Origin: Hyaloraphidium curvatum SAG 235-1
Lineage: Eukaryota > Fungi > Monoblepharomycota
Assembly (NCBI GenBank): GCA_025558095.1
Contig: JAIVFI010000021.1
Coordinates: 248,001 to 312,000 of the forward strand
Reading direction: 5' to 3'
Length of the DNA stretch: 64,000 nt
Shown: positions 12,137 to 23,828 of the stretch, one piece after another
How positions within the stretch are numbered: position 1 is the stretch's first letter
Layout of the letters: each line of letters starts with the position of its first letter
Program-made: the position numbers and the translations under genes
The notes under the pieces: model-generated
Told to the model about the DNA's origin: nothing
Seen by the model: only the letters and a program-made list of their open reading frames with translations
Databases searched by the model: none

Positions 12137-13030
12137 CTAAGTCGCGGAAAACGCGTCCCTCCGGGACGGATCCCCGTTCGGCACCGGCGTCCCCGCGCGG
12201 TACTTTTCCCCCTTCCCCATGCCCGAATGGTGCTTGCAGTACGGCCCGTGGACGTGCTCCTTTTCCCTCTCCGCCCTCGGCATGCGCGCCGGGGCGCCCC
12301 TGGGCGCGGCCGGGTCCGCGGGGGGTTCGGGGGCGGCGCGCGCGGTCCTCGCGTAGGGTCGGAGACCAAAGCACTGCTCGAGGATGCAGAAGAAGCACAC
12401 CCAGTCGTCCGGCAGCGCGCCCGGGCGGACGGGGTTGCCGAGGTCGTCGAAGGCGTCGGCGCCGCCGAGGTCCCTGAACCTTGCCCTGCGCTGCGCCCTT
12501 GACGCGCGCGGCAGCACGACCTGCCTCAAGAAGAGGTCCACCTTGGAGGGCGGCGGGGCGTCCCTCCTGCGCGGCGGCGGGGGGGCGGGGGTGCCGGGGG
12601 GCGGCGGCGCGCGCGGCGCGGGCAGCGGCGCGATCTTGCGCGACGCGATGTGCGGCGGCAGCGGGCGGTCTGTGCGGCGCTCCGCGCGGCGGCGGTCGAG
12701 CGCGGTCTCGACGGCGAGCTCCGGCAGCTCGGCGAGGCAGTGCGGGCGGAAGGGTGTGTGCTCCCCGCCGAGCCCCCCAACACCCCCCCCTTGCGGCAGT
12801 GCGGATGTCGGCACGTCCAGCAGCGCGCCGCCCAGCCGCGCGACGAGCGCCTTTGCCGGCGGCGGTGGCCGCGCCGCGCCCGCGACCGCCGGGAACGCGA
12901 ACGGCGGCGGCGCGCCAAACAGGAACGGCGGCGGCGGCGACCGCGCGGCAGGCGCAGGCGTCACAGGCAGCTCGAAGGTGATGCCGCGCACGAGCGCCTC
13001 CCACGGCGGAGCCGGCGCCGGGGACTCCAT
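12137..13030 (-). CDS. hypothetical Pro-rich protein with DDWVCFFC CxxC motif
   Basis: Long ORF with GC3-biased codons and a conserved-looking DDWVCFFCILEQCFG segment. Confidence 0.55.
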   Translation of the reverse strand: MESPAPAPPWEALVRGITFELPVTPAPAARSPPPPFLFGAPPPFAFPAVAGAARPPPPAKALVARLGGALLDVPTSALPQGGGVGGLGGEHTPFRPHCLAELPELAVETALDRRRAERRTDRPLPPHIASRKIAPLPAPRAPPPPGTPAPPPPRRRDAPPPSKVDLFLRQVVLPRASRAQRRARFRDLGGADAFDDLGNPVRPGALPDDWVCFFCILEQCFGLRPYARTARAAPEPPADPAAPRGAPARMPRAEREKEHVHGPYCKHHSGMGKGEKYRAGTPVPNGDPSRRDAFSAT

Positions 13031-14249
13031 CGCGCGGGTTTGTTGGCGGCAGTGGCAGAGTGACAGATCGATCACGCGCTCCCCGGCCCGCCGAATCCCA
13101 ACGCGATCGCCGGCCAGAGGCACCGGCACGGCAGGGCAGTTGCACTCGATGTGGTTAGTCGGTTCCGGCGCTGGGCGGCGCGGGATGGCGCTGGCGGGAC
13201 CGGGACGGGCACCTGGCCCACCGGGAGCGGACCGTCGCGCTCCTCAGCGAGTACGCCGATGTCATCCCCGCATTCTCCGCCATCCTGGCCGGCACCCTTC
13301 TACGCCGCTATGCTGGGCCGTGATCGGCGCTCCCCCGTGGAGCGGACCCCCTCCCGGCCCGGGCGCGCGCTAACCTCCCGCGTCGGGCGGACCCGGTCCA
13401 CCGGCCCGAGATCCGGGAGCACAAACTGTCCCACGAAACGTGAGATCCGCAAGATCCAGTTTGCCAGGGTGCCGTAAGTGCGGGAGATCCGGCTCGCCAG
13501 GGAGCGCGGAATAGCTCCTGCACTACAAAGTTACTAGAGCTCGTGTGAACCGTATCCGCCGGATCTTGCATAGGGGCAGATGGGCGACCGCGGAGGTTAA
13601 AGCGGGCGCCGCAGGCCCGGGCCGCGGCCGCATTTTTCAGGGGCCACATGGGCCGGACGCCGAACGGCGTCAGGCGCTGGAAGCGCGCGCCTCCTTGGCC
13701 GTGCGGGAAGCTTCGTGCAGTGACGCTGTTGGCTAGTCTCTGTGCACGGTAGTTCGATGTTGCGTTGGTTTCCCGAGCTCGAATGGGCGGCCTGATTGAT
13801 GCCGCCACGGGCTTTCCCGCCCGTCCCGGCCGATCGGCAGCCGATTGCCGCGAAGCGCCCCGAATCGGAGCACGTCGTCGCCGCCGAACGCGTCGCCCAG
13901 CCTCCAAGGTTATTGCGGCCTTGTCGGACTCGATAATCCGGGCTGCGCGGGGCATCGGTGTCGTTCCGCTTGGGGTCCCGCATGCGGCCGCACGGCCTCG
14001 CACCGGGTCTGCGCAAAAGCTCCCTCCTTCGACCCGCCGTGCATGTCCTAATAATCATCCATGGTGATCTCCTGAGTAAGATCGGAGACCGCGGGGAAGG
14101 CCGACCGTCAGCATTGCCGTTTGCGGGAAGTTCGGGCCCTTCTTTGGCGTCGGCTGGCGGTCCACGCCCGCCCCTCATTTCCGCCCTCGCGGCATTGCCC
14201 GCCCCGGCCGACCCGCGTGCGGCCGCGCCTCGGCGGCCGCGGCCCCGCC

Positions 14250-15101
14250 ATGTTCCGCCCGCCCGCCCCCGCGCCCCGCGTGCTCTCGCTGCTCCTCCTC
14301 CTCTCCGCGGCGCTCCTTTCCGGGCAGCGCTTCGCCGCACCGCCCGCCGACGCCCCGCCCCCCGTCCCCGCATGCGCCCCTACGCTGCCCCGCCCCTTCG
14401 TCTTCCTCCACATCGAGAAGTGCGGCGGCTCCACCGTCCGCGCGCAGCTAGCGTCGTACGCCGCAAAGAACGGCGTTCTGGCCTACATCCCCTGCTTCTT
14501 CGGGGTGCCCTGCACCAGCCGCCTGGACCAGCTGACCGTGGAGGAGCTCGTGGGGGGCGCGAGGATATGGGCGAACCACCACGAGTTCTGGCGGATGGAA
14601 AGGCTGCTGGGCCCGGGGGCGGAGTTCGACTGCTTCGCGCTGCTCCGCGACCCGGACGAACGGACCGTGTCGCATTTCCTCTTCTTCGAGGACCTCTCGC
14701 GCTTCGCCAACATGTCCGACGCGCGGTTCGCCGCCGAGCTGGACTCGGGAATCTTCCCCCCCGAATCGGGCAACCTCCTGACGATGAAGCTGCACCGCAC
14801 CGAGGTGCCCTGGGAGGTCCGCAACGCGACACTGGCCAAGGAAACGCTCGACCGGTGCGCCGTGGGCATCCGAGAGCGGTGGAACGAGACGATGCTGGTG
14901 CTGGGGCAGCGCTTCCCGTGGCTGCGGCCGCACGTCTCGCACGCTGTGGAGAACGCGCAGGCCTATTCCGGGGAGAAGAAGCGGCTCGCAAGGGTGCTGA
15001 TGGACAAGATAAAGGAGAGAAACATGAACGCGGTCGACAGGGAGGTGTACGAGTACGCCGTGGGGAGGTTCGAGCAACAGCTAAAGGAGCTTGGCCGATG
15101 A
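14250..15101 (+). CDS. Golgi-type sulfotransferase (Sulfotransfer_2 / Gal-3-O-sulfotransferase-like), intronless
   Basis: N-terminal signal/anchor. 5'-PAPS-binding motif FVFLHIEKCGGST, 3'-PAPS-binding motif LLRDPDERTVSHF, C-terminal NAVDREVYEYA. Confidence 0.85.
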   Translation: MFRPPAPAPRVLSLLLLLSAALLSGQRFAAPPADAPPPVPACAPTLPRPFVFLHIEKCGGSTVRAQLASYAAKNGVLAYIPCFFGVPCTSRLDQLTVEELVGGARIWANHHEFWRMERLLGPGAEFDCFALLRDPDERTVSHFLFFEDLSRFANMSDARFAAELDSGIFPPESGNLLTMKLHRTEVPWEVRNATLAKETLDRCAVGIRERWNETMLVLGQRFPWLRPHVSHAVENAQAYSGEKKRLARVLMDKIKERNMNAVDREVYEYAVGRFEQQLKELGR

Positions 15102-15288
15102 TCGGAGCTCGGCCTGGGGTTGGGGCCAATGTACGAACTTGTAGGGGCAAAGAAGGGGTCGCGACGGACTGGGATCTTTCGCATGGGCTTTGTCTGGAAT
15201 CAATCTGCGCACTGGGTGATGCCGACGACGGCTTTTTCTCCCTCGGGTTCACGATCGGTACACGATCGCCTGGTCCGCTTTCCCGCGC

Positions 15289-18200
15289 TCAGAGCGCCTC
15301 GTCGTCGCCAAACGCGTCGCCGAACCGCCACAGGTTCCTGCGCCCCTTGCGCGCCTCCTCCTGCGCCTCGTCCAGCACCTCGAGCTCCGACTTGGGCCCG
15401 CCGCCGTTCCACGCCGCCTGGCCCGCCTTGGCAGCCTGCTGCTGCTTGCGCCGCTCCTCCTGCAGCAACGGACGGTCAGATGCCGGCAAGATGCCGTCCC
15501 TGCCGAACCACGAACCTGAAGGCGCCGGTTGGCATCCTTGCTCAGCGTCCCCAGCCCCTCGCGGAGCACCTCGGCATTGACGCTCTTCTTTACCGCCGCG
15601 TCCAGCGGCGCCCCCGCCGACTTGACCCGCGCAGGGTCGTACAGCACCACCTCGTGCACCTTGGCCCCCGGCCGGCCGAACGCCACGGCAGCGAGCTCCT
15701 TGCCCTCGGTCTGCGAGCGGAACAGGTCGTACGCGTCCTCGCCGTAGTCCTCGTCCGGCCCCGGGACGCGGATGAAGGCGAGGCGGCACTCGCGCGCCAT
15801 GGCGGCGCGCGAGGAGAGGTCCGCGGGGAGCTTGCGGACCGTGGCGGGCGAGACGGGAAGCTCCTCGGCGTTGCCAAAGTCGACGTAGAGCAGGCTGACG
15901 GTCTTGCCGGGGTTGACCTTGCGCACCCTGGCGCGGTACCTGCGGAGCGCGCGTCAGCGATCGCCGGTCCTGTCCACGCAAAGTGCCACCCACCACTGCC
16001 CGTCGCCCGAGAACTTGGCCGCCACCAGATCCCCCGCCCTCGGCATCCACGCCGCCGCCACCCCCTCGGCCTCCTCGGCGCACGCCACCTTGAGCTTCCC
16101 CATGAGCTCGTTCAGCTCGCGCTCGTAGTCGCCCTCGACGACCTGGCAGAAGAACTCGGAGCCCGAGACGATCTCGCTGACCACCACGCGGGGCCAGCGG
16201 TGCTGCTCCAGCTCGCCGCCGGCGGGGTCGGCGGGCTCCTCTTCGTCGAGCGCGCCCTCGAGGCTCCAGATGCCGGCCTTGGCGGCCTTGGCGGCTTTTT
16301 CGGCGTCGAAGTACTCGCGCGCGTGCGTGCTCTGGTTGGCAGAGTACTCGTTGACTGGAACCGGGCGAGCAGTCAGAGCAAGCAGAGCACCCTCGGCACA
16401 GCAAAACGCACCGGAAGCAAGACCCTCGCGCAGCAGCGCCACGCCGATGTTGAGCGCCGGCTCGCCCGACTTGGGGTCCGCGGGCGGCACCTTGAGCACG
16501 CCGATGAACCCGCCGACCTTGTCTGTGCCCTCGACCTCGATCTCGACGTCGCGCTGCAGGCACCTCCGCGAGACGAACTCTAGCGCCTCCTTGCCGAACG
16601 GCTCGGTCTTTTCCGTCGTCCCGGCGCGGGCCACCCGTGGGGCGCGGATGCCCCCCAGCACGAGCGTGAGCCGCGTCGACTCCTTGGGCACCAGGATGCG
16701 GAACCTCCCCGCGTTGGCCACGTGCTCCACCACGGCGGGGATGCTCTTGGACCTCGACAAGAAGGGGAGGAACTGCTTGGCCTTGGCCGCCGACTCGGAG
16801 GCGTCGCTCCAGCGGGTCTGTGGCGGCTCCTTGCCCCCGTGTGCGCCCTTGCCGGCCTCCTTGGCCTTGGCCTCGGCGACCAGCAGCGCGTCGTAGGCCG
16901 AGGACCGGTCCTCGTCGTCGCGACGGTGCCTGATCACGGTCGCGAGACCCCGCGCGACGAGCGCCTCGGCGACGTTGGTTGACCCGGCGGTGACGGTGGC
17001 CGCCTCGCGCTCCTCGGCGGGGCCGGCGCCCTCCTGGGGCTGCTTGGTGTAGTCCAGCTTGACGTGGACATTCTTGCCGATGAGCCGCGTGCGGAGGTAC
17101 TCCTTTGCCTCGGCCGCCCAACCAGTGGGCTCCCTCCCGCGGGCTTCCGGTCCCGGCGGCGGCGCGCCCTCGGGCCTCGGGATCCGCACGCTGGCCAGCC
17201 ACACCTTTCGCTCCTTGCCGTCCGGCCCCTCGACGATGATGCACTCGCCCGAGACCACGCGCAGGACCGTCCCCGAGAACTCGCCGCGGCTGGCACGGGG
17301 AACGTGGTCCTTCCAGATCCTGACGCGGCGCTCCTTGGCCTTGGCCTCGGCCTGTCGCAGCTTGGCCGGCTCCTTGGTCATGGCGATGGTCCAGTCCACG
17401 GTGCGCGCGAGGCCTTCGGAGACGAGGGCCTCGGCGATGTCGCCCCGCGGGTGGATCACCTCGCAAACGAGCACGCTGCCCTGAGGCGGCGCGCCGGCGA
17501 TGCGGACCTTGACGTCGCGCTGCAGCAGCCTGATCTCGAAAAACTGCTGCGCCTCCTCGCCGAAGGGCTCGACGAGGTCCTCCACGTTGGGCACGCCGCG
17601 GCGGAACGCGGGGCAGCGGATCCCGGCGAGCTGCACGGCGCAGACCTGGTACTCGCCCGGGCCCAGCTGCAGCGTCATCCGCGCCGTGGACCCGTCGCGG
17701 ACCTGCTCAATCACGGCATCGAGCTCCTTGCCCTTCCACGTGTCGGCAAACTCCTTTGCCGAAGGGAGCTCGTAGTTGACGGTGCGCCGGCCGGCCTCGG
17801 CGTCGCCCCACACGCCGAGCTTGGCTGCCTGCGCGGCGGCTTCGAGCTCCGCAAGCTTTTGCTGTTCCCTGGACGACCGGCGGCGCGGAATTAATTCCCC
17901 TGCCCCGTCCGCAAGAGCGCCATTGCGACCCACTCTGTCTTTGCCCTCGCGCCCTCGGCCCGCGTCTTGAGCCACCCCTGCTTGACCAGGATCCGCGCCA
18001 CCGACCGCTCGCCGTCGATCGCGGCCGCCGGCGCCAGCTCGATCCTGCCGAAGTCGCGTCCCGAGGGCACGGTGTACTCGACGGCGTACGCGACCTCGCG
18101 GCCCACGAGCAGCTTCCGCAGCTGCTCCCTGCACGCGTACGCGAACGGCTGCGGGCGGGGCGTCAGCGCGGGATGCGCCGGGCGCGCGCCGCCGCACCTC

Positions 18201-18338
18201 CTCGCGGCCGGGCTCCTTGGCGTTGCCGAGCCGCGGCGCGGTGACGCCGGCGAGCGACAGCAGCGCGCCGCCCTTGAGGACGACGGTGCTGCCGTCGAGC
18301 ACGCTGCGGATAAACGTCCGCTGCGGGGGCGCCGCCAT
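15289..18338 (-). CDS. SND1: Tudor staphylococcal nuclease (SND1), multi-exon
   Basis: Repeated SNase domains (VIEQVRDGST, EPFGEEAQQFFEIRLLQRDV, NVAEALVARGLATVIRHRRDDEDRSSAYD), Tudor domain (AAKFSGDGQW|YRA..., LYVDFGNAE), C-terminal QEEARKGRRNLWRFGD. Confidence 0.93.
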
Positions 18339-18455
18339 GATTGGCTTCGGGGACGCGAGGGGACGGGAAGGATCCCGCGGTGTTTGTTCAGCGGACCGAG
18401 CGGCGAGGCCGCCGAACTTGTCACTCGCGTGTCATTCCGGAGCTCGATTTCGCGA

Positions 18456-20060
18456 TCACTTGCTCCCGCCCACGTGCTGCGACCACACAGCGTACGGGAC
18501 GAACGGCCGCTGCTTGCCGCCCGTCCAGTTTCCCACGACCGGCATCCCGCCCCGCGCCGCCAGCGCCTCCGCGTACGCCTCCTCGATCGCCTCCCAGTCG
18601 AGCCCTTCCTGGAGCTCCGCCAGCCTCCTCCATATCTGGAGGATGTAGCACAATGTCGGACGGAGGGTCAGGTTCCTCGCAGCGAACCGCATGGCGCGCA
18701 GCGCGATCCTTCGCGCGAGGCCGTCCCGGCGCCGGAGGAACGAGACGGCCTCATGGAGCCTCCAGCTCGCAGAGGGAACGAAGTGCACCCAGGGCTTGAG
18801 CAGGGCATAGTAGTGTTCTCGATAGACGTTGTCCGACGGCAGCATGGGCGTCATGCCGGACGAAAGCACCATGAAGAAGCGGAAGGCCGCGGCGAAGCCG
18901 TCCACGTTGACGGCGTACCGGAATCTGTTTGCCTGGTCCTCAAGCGAGATGAAGGACGAGTTCCTGCAGTACTTGTGGAGGATGTGCTGCTTCATTTCGT
19001 CGCTGAAGATGTCGACGGCCATCCCCGGGTCGGCGAGGTCGCACGAGGCATCAACCAAGTCGGGATACGTGGAGCCCTGATGCAACACGCTGACCCGGAT
19101 CTGCTGCAGCGGCACGATGCCGTTGGGCCCAAAGTCGTACCCAGTCATGCCCCCCCGCCAGACCGCCTTGGCCTGCCTCTTTTCCCAAGGCTCGGTGCCG
19201 ACCCACGTGTTCGCATCCCGCTTCCTCCCGAGGTCGATGACAAAGTTGAAGTTTGGGAGGAGGATGTCCTTCAGCCCGGCCGCCTTGGAGGCGACGGTGA
19301 TGGGGTACGTCGGCGCGAGCGACGATGCCCCGTCCACGCATTCGAAAAGGATTCTCACGTCCGGCAGCGCGATTCCCGACGCGTTTGCCATGTCGATTAT
19401 GCGCTGCAGCAGCGGCAGGTACTTTGGCCCTGCTTGCACGCCGCGAGTGCATTTAAAGCAGTTGCGGACGGACAGCTCGTTGCCGACGACTCGGAAAAGG
19501 TCAATGTCCGCGTTCTCCTTCATCACTTCCCGGAACAGGGTTTGTCGCAAGGTCCGCTCGTGGCTCGCATAGTTGATCCAGGCGCCGAACTCGCTGTCGG
19601 CGTGCCGTCCCCCTTCGAAGTCCGAGCCCCGGCACAGGAACGACTCGAGGTCGTCCGCCGAGGCCGCCTTTCCGGGCGTCTGGCCCGTGATATTCCCGTA
19701 CAGAGCAGGCTCGTCGAAACCGAACGCCAGGGTCGCGTTCCGTAACAATGTCCGCAGGAGTTCGTACTCCTCGGAATCCGCGGCCGTCCACTCGCTGTCC
19801 GGGTATCCGTCCTCCGCGAGGGGGTCGGGAGCCACGTCCGGTATCGCAGCCGTTGCCGCCGATGGGCATGTTTCGTTCCCCGCGTCCCCGACGAGCGCGT
19901 CTGTGGCGAGTTGGACCTCGGTCCCGCCGGAGCGTCCCCTCTCCACGGCGTCCGAGGCCGGCCGGAGCAGCACGGCGGCATTCCACGCAAAGAACCAGGC
20001 AAACCCCGCGGCAAGGAAAACATAGTAGATTGGTATTCGCTCTCGGCAGGGCAGCCGCAT
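18456..20060 (-). CDS. glycosyltransferase family 90 (CAP10-like), intronless type II membrane protein
   Basis: N-terminal TM segment, DILLPNF, PWEKRQAKAVWRGGMTG, FRYAVNVDGFAAAFRF, EHYYALLKPWVHFVP. Confidence 0.85.
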   Translation of the reverse strand: MRLPCRERIPIYYVFLAAGFAWFFAWNAAVLLRPASDAVERGRSGGTEVQLATDALVGDAGNETCPSAATAAIPDVAPDPLAEDGYPDSEWTAADSEEYELLRTLLRNATLAFGFDEPALYGNITGQTPGKAASADDLESFLCRGSDFEGGRHADSEFGAWINYASHERTLRQTLFREVMKENADIDLFRVVGNELSVRNCFKCTRGVQAGPKYLPLLQRIIDMANASGIALPDVRILFECVDGASSLAPTYPITVASKAAGLKDILLPNFNFVIDLGRKRDANTWVGTEPWEKRQAKAVWRGGMTGYDFGPNGIVPLQQIRVSVLHQGSTYPDLVDASCDLADPGMAVDIFSDEMKQHILHKYCRNSSFISLEDQANRFRYAVNVDGFAAAFRFFMVLSSGMTPMLPSDNVYREHYYALLKPWVHFVPSASWRLHEAVSFLRRRDGLARRIALRAMRFAARNLTLRPTLCYILQIWRRLAELQEGLDWEAIEEAYAEALAARGGMPVVGNWTGGKQRPFVPYAVWSQHVGGSK

Positions 20061-20119
20061 TTCGCCCCGTCTCTGAGAGTCAATCAGCGCGCACGACCTT
20101 ACTGTAATCGCGGTACGCC

Positions 20120-21679
20120 ATGTCGGCCGTCTACTCGACGGAGCCGGCGCCGAGCGGCAAGGTCGTCGTCAAGACCACGGTCGGGGACCTGGAAGTGGAG
20201 CTCTTTGCCAAGGAGACGCCAAAGACATGCCGGAACTTCATCCAGCTCGCGCTCGAAGGTTACTACGACGGCTGCCTCTTCCACCGCGTGGTGCCCGGCT
20301 TCATCGTGCAGACCGGGGACCCCACGGGCACGGGGGAGGGCGGCGAGTCGGTGTACGGGAGGCCGTTCCCGGACGAGCTCCACAGCAGGCTCCGGTTCAA
20401 CCGGCGCGGGCTCCTGGGCATGGCCACGGTGAAGCAGGGGGAGAACGGGTCCCAGTTTTTCTTTACGCTGGACAAGACAGAGGAGCTGAACAGGAAGCAC
20501 ACCATGTTCGGGCGCGTGGTGGGCGACACGGTGTTCAACCTGCTGCGGATCGGGGAGGTCGAGACCGACGACAACGAGCGCCCCGTGAACCCGGTCAAGG
20601 TCGTCGCGATCGAGGTGCTCAACAACCCTTTCGATGACATTGTCCCGCGGACGACGGCGTTGGAGCGCCGTGCCGAGGAGGAGGCTCGCGCGATGGCCGA
20701 GCGGAGGAAGGCCGAGTCGGAGGAGCGGAAGCGCACTGCAAAGATATCCACCAAGTGGGGCTTGCACGCTGTCGCTTTCGCGGCTCCGTCTGTTGACCGC
20801 TCTCGTTGTCTGCACGGCTCTTAGGAACAAGAACCTGCTGTCTTTCGAGGACGAGGAAGAGCCCTTGGTGGCTCCACTGGTCAAGAGTGCGCACGACATT
20901 GCCGACGACGGAAGGCTGAGCAAGAAAGCGATCGCGATCGAAGCCGATTCCAAAGGTCCCAAAGGAGCAGACACGGATTCCGACGATTCGGATGAGAGCA
21001 GCGAGGATGAAGCGGCGGTTCGGCGGAAAACAGTCGCCAAGGTGCAAGCTTCGCGCGACGCAGAGTCCGGGCGCACGTCGGACGCAAAGCGGCAAACGCT
21101 TCAGGAGATGAAAGACGAGAAGCTGTAAGGCCTCTGGGCTTGCCCGGTGGTCCTTGTTTCTGACCTTGATCACCACGCAGCAAGACGCTCGAGGCCGAAA
21201 TCGCCAGCGTAGAAAACTCGCTCCGGTCAAAGCCTGCAAAGGAAGCGCAGGCTCCCGCGCCGAAAAAGCCTCGTTCTTTCGTCGAGCAGCAGAGAGCACT
21301 TTACCTGAACTCGAAAAAGTCGGTGCCGGGAAAGAAGGACAAGAGAAAGATCGACGAGGATGCGGTGCTGGCGCAGCTCCAGAGCTTCTCGAAGCGGATA
21401 CGTACGACGCAGGAGCCAGCGACAGGGAACGGACAAGCGGCGAAGGCGAGTTCCGCCAACGGCGACGATGATGACGGGGAGAGGTGCAGCCTCCACAACC
21501 GTGCCAACTGCGCATCTTGCCGCCGCGAGGACGTGGCCGTGGCAGACATGGAGGATGAGGATGCGGGCGACGACGAGGGCTGGTTGGGGCATGCCCTGCA
21601 CTTTGACAAGGAGACGGGCGTTCGAGACGTGTTCAAACCCGAGGACTACGAGGTGCTGGACCCGAGGGAAGACCGGTGA
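20120..21679 (+). CDS. CWC27: spliceosomal cyclophilin CWC27, multi-exon
   Basis: MSAVYSTEPAPSGKVVVKTT, FHRVVPGFIVQTGDPTGTGEGGES, RLRFNRRGLLGMA, NPFDDIVPR, KNLLSF, C-terminal WLGHALHF...DYEVLDPR. Confidence 0.92.
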
Positions 21680-21965
21680 GCGGCTCGGACAGGTTGACGC
21701 CGTGCCTACTGACGAAGACCTCCAGGGTCGGCGAGAAGCAGCACATCTCGGGACATCGCGCCGATCGATCGCGGTCGGACCGCAATTCTGTGTACGGATC
21801 GCAGTATGCTCCTCCGGTGCGCGGCAGGGATCGCGCGCCGGACAGGCGAAGATGAGACTGGCTCCCATTGGCCGTGCGAAGACATCGTGGCAGTCGCCGC
21901 TCGTCCGCATATGCTGACTCCACGTTCCGGGGCGGGCGTCCCAAACCGCAAACCCTGCCGAAGGC

Positions 21966-23622
21966 ATGATTGGCTCGGCCGCGGACGGCTCCGCGATGCA
22001 GGCCGCCGGCGATGGCTCTGCCGGCGCCGGGCCCTCGTCGGCGGCGGGTGGCTCCTCCGGCGCGGCCGCGGGGACGCCCGCCGGCGCAGTGCCCGTTCTG
22101 AGCGTTCCCCTCACGGCGGACGACCTCACGTGGATCGCGCAAGTCGGAGCAACTACCGTGGAACGTGTCCGCTCTTTCCTAGCGTCGCAGTACCACTTGC
22201 ACAATGCCACCGTGCCGCAGCTCCAGGCAATCGCGCGCTGCCTGGAACAGCGCCATGGCCAAAGGTGCCCCCACAAGGGCCGGAAGGCAGCGATCATCGA
22301 GAACATTGTCTCCATTCTGTTTCCTCGGCCCGCGCCCCGAGCAGCAGCGGCTGCGCCCGCAACGGTCGCGCCTGCGACGGCCCCCGCACCCCTGCCTGCG
22401 CCTGCGCCGCCGGTTCCCGTCGCCCCGGTCGTCGTGGCCCCCGTTGCTGCCGCACCTGCTGCCCAGGCCGTGACCGAAGTGCGGCTAGACACCGTCCTGG
22501 TGAAGCGTCTCGAGTCGGCCATACCCTCCGGCCACAGCTTGGGATTCTTCCGCCGAACGCCGCTGCACGTGCAGGAGATTTCCGCCGTGGTCGGCCACAA
22601 TCCCTCTTCCCAACTCACACATGCCGTGCGGTTCAAGGTCCCCGCGAGGAATCCGCCGGATGCTAGGCTCCTGCTCTATCTCTTCACTCTCGGAAACGAG
22701 AACCGAACGGTCCTTTACCCGGCGAGGCAGTTTACGATGAACCGAATCAGCGTGAGAAGCGGCGGGCGCCTGATGCCGACGTATTCGACGGATGTTGCTG
22801 TCGACATCACGCCGATGGCATGGAATCCTGAGCAGCAAACGTACCTCACGATCGACCTTCCGCGCTATGCTGTTAACAGGGGATGGTTGATGGTGACCAT
22901 GGCATCGAGGACCACCGATACTCAGGTACAGACGCCCAACGGGTAGTTTCGCGTGCTCATCGGCGTCGCAGATCGTCGAGGAACTGTACCGGCGCGCGTT
23001 CTCGGCCAAGAGCCTTCTCTTGCCCGATGGCGCCCTCGACAGCTTCCGTGCCAGTCTCGGAAGCACGACTCCGACGAGACCCGGGATTTCTGGCCCAGGA
23101 TCCGACGATATCGAGGTCACGGAAGCCCTGGTCAAGTTTATCTGCCCGCTCAGCCTCCAAGTCCCAAAACATCCTGCCAAGGGCTCCCATTGCCCGCACA
23201 TCGAATGCTTCGACGCCCTCAGCTTCATCAGCTTGAACCTGTCGAGCTCGTCCCCTCTCAAGTGTTCCGTCTGCAACCGGCCGCTTGGGATTGAAGTACG
23301 TCTTCCTTCGTGCAGCCTGATTGCAGTTGCGCTCACCATTTGCATCAAGGATCTGACCATAGACCCCTTTTACTGCCATCTGCTGACCGTCTACGGTGGA
23401 TCGAGTGCGTCCTGCGTGGTTCGCGCCGACGGGACCCACGCGCTTCCCGCAAGAGCCTCGGCTGCGGCGATCGATCTGGAAGACACGTCGAACGGGCAGC
23501 AGGCGGACCTCAAGCGAAAGGCTTCTCTGGTGATCGATTTGGACGACGTCGAGGACGATGGGCCGGTTGCTCCGGCGGCCAAGAAGGCCAAGGTTCCTTC
23601 CCTTGTGATTGAGATTGATTGA
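21966..23622 (+). CDS. SIZ/PIAS-like SP-RING (zf-MIZ) SUMO E3 ligase-like protein, spliced
   Basis: SAP-like helix (TVPQLQAIARCL...GRKAAIIENI), SP-RING FICPLSLQVPKHPAKGSHCPHIECFDA...CSVCNR, SIM-like VIDLDD and LVIEID. Confidence 0.8.
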
Positions 23623-23828
23623 CGAGTTGTCGGTGTCACACCGTCGATACCACGACACCCTGATACCCATATGATGATACGCCATGTGGCGACAAGCACT
23701 GTTCAGCAGCAAATGTACAATCGCAGCATGACCTCCTTCCAAAGCTCTATCCCTGGCTCAGCTCCGTTCGTCCGTTCTAGCTCCCTCTTCCCATGATGAC
23801 TTCAGCCCCAATAGACGCAAGCCGGCGA

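Noticed and set aside
13029-13049. 20/21 match (reverse strand) to 2265-2285, ccgccaac(a/c)aacccgcgcgat
   Set aside because: A single short match in GC-rich DNA, plausibly chance.
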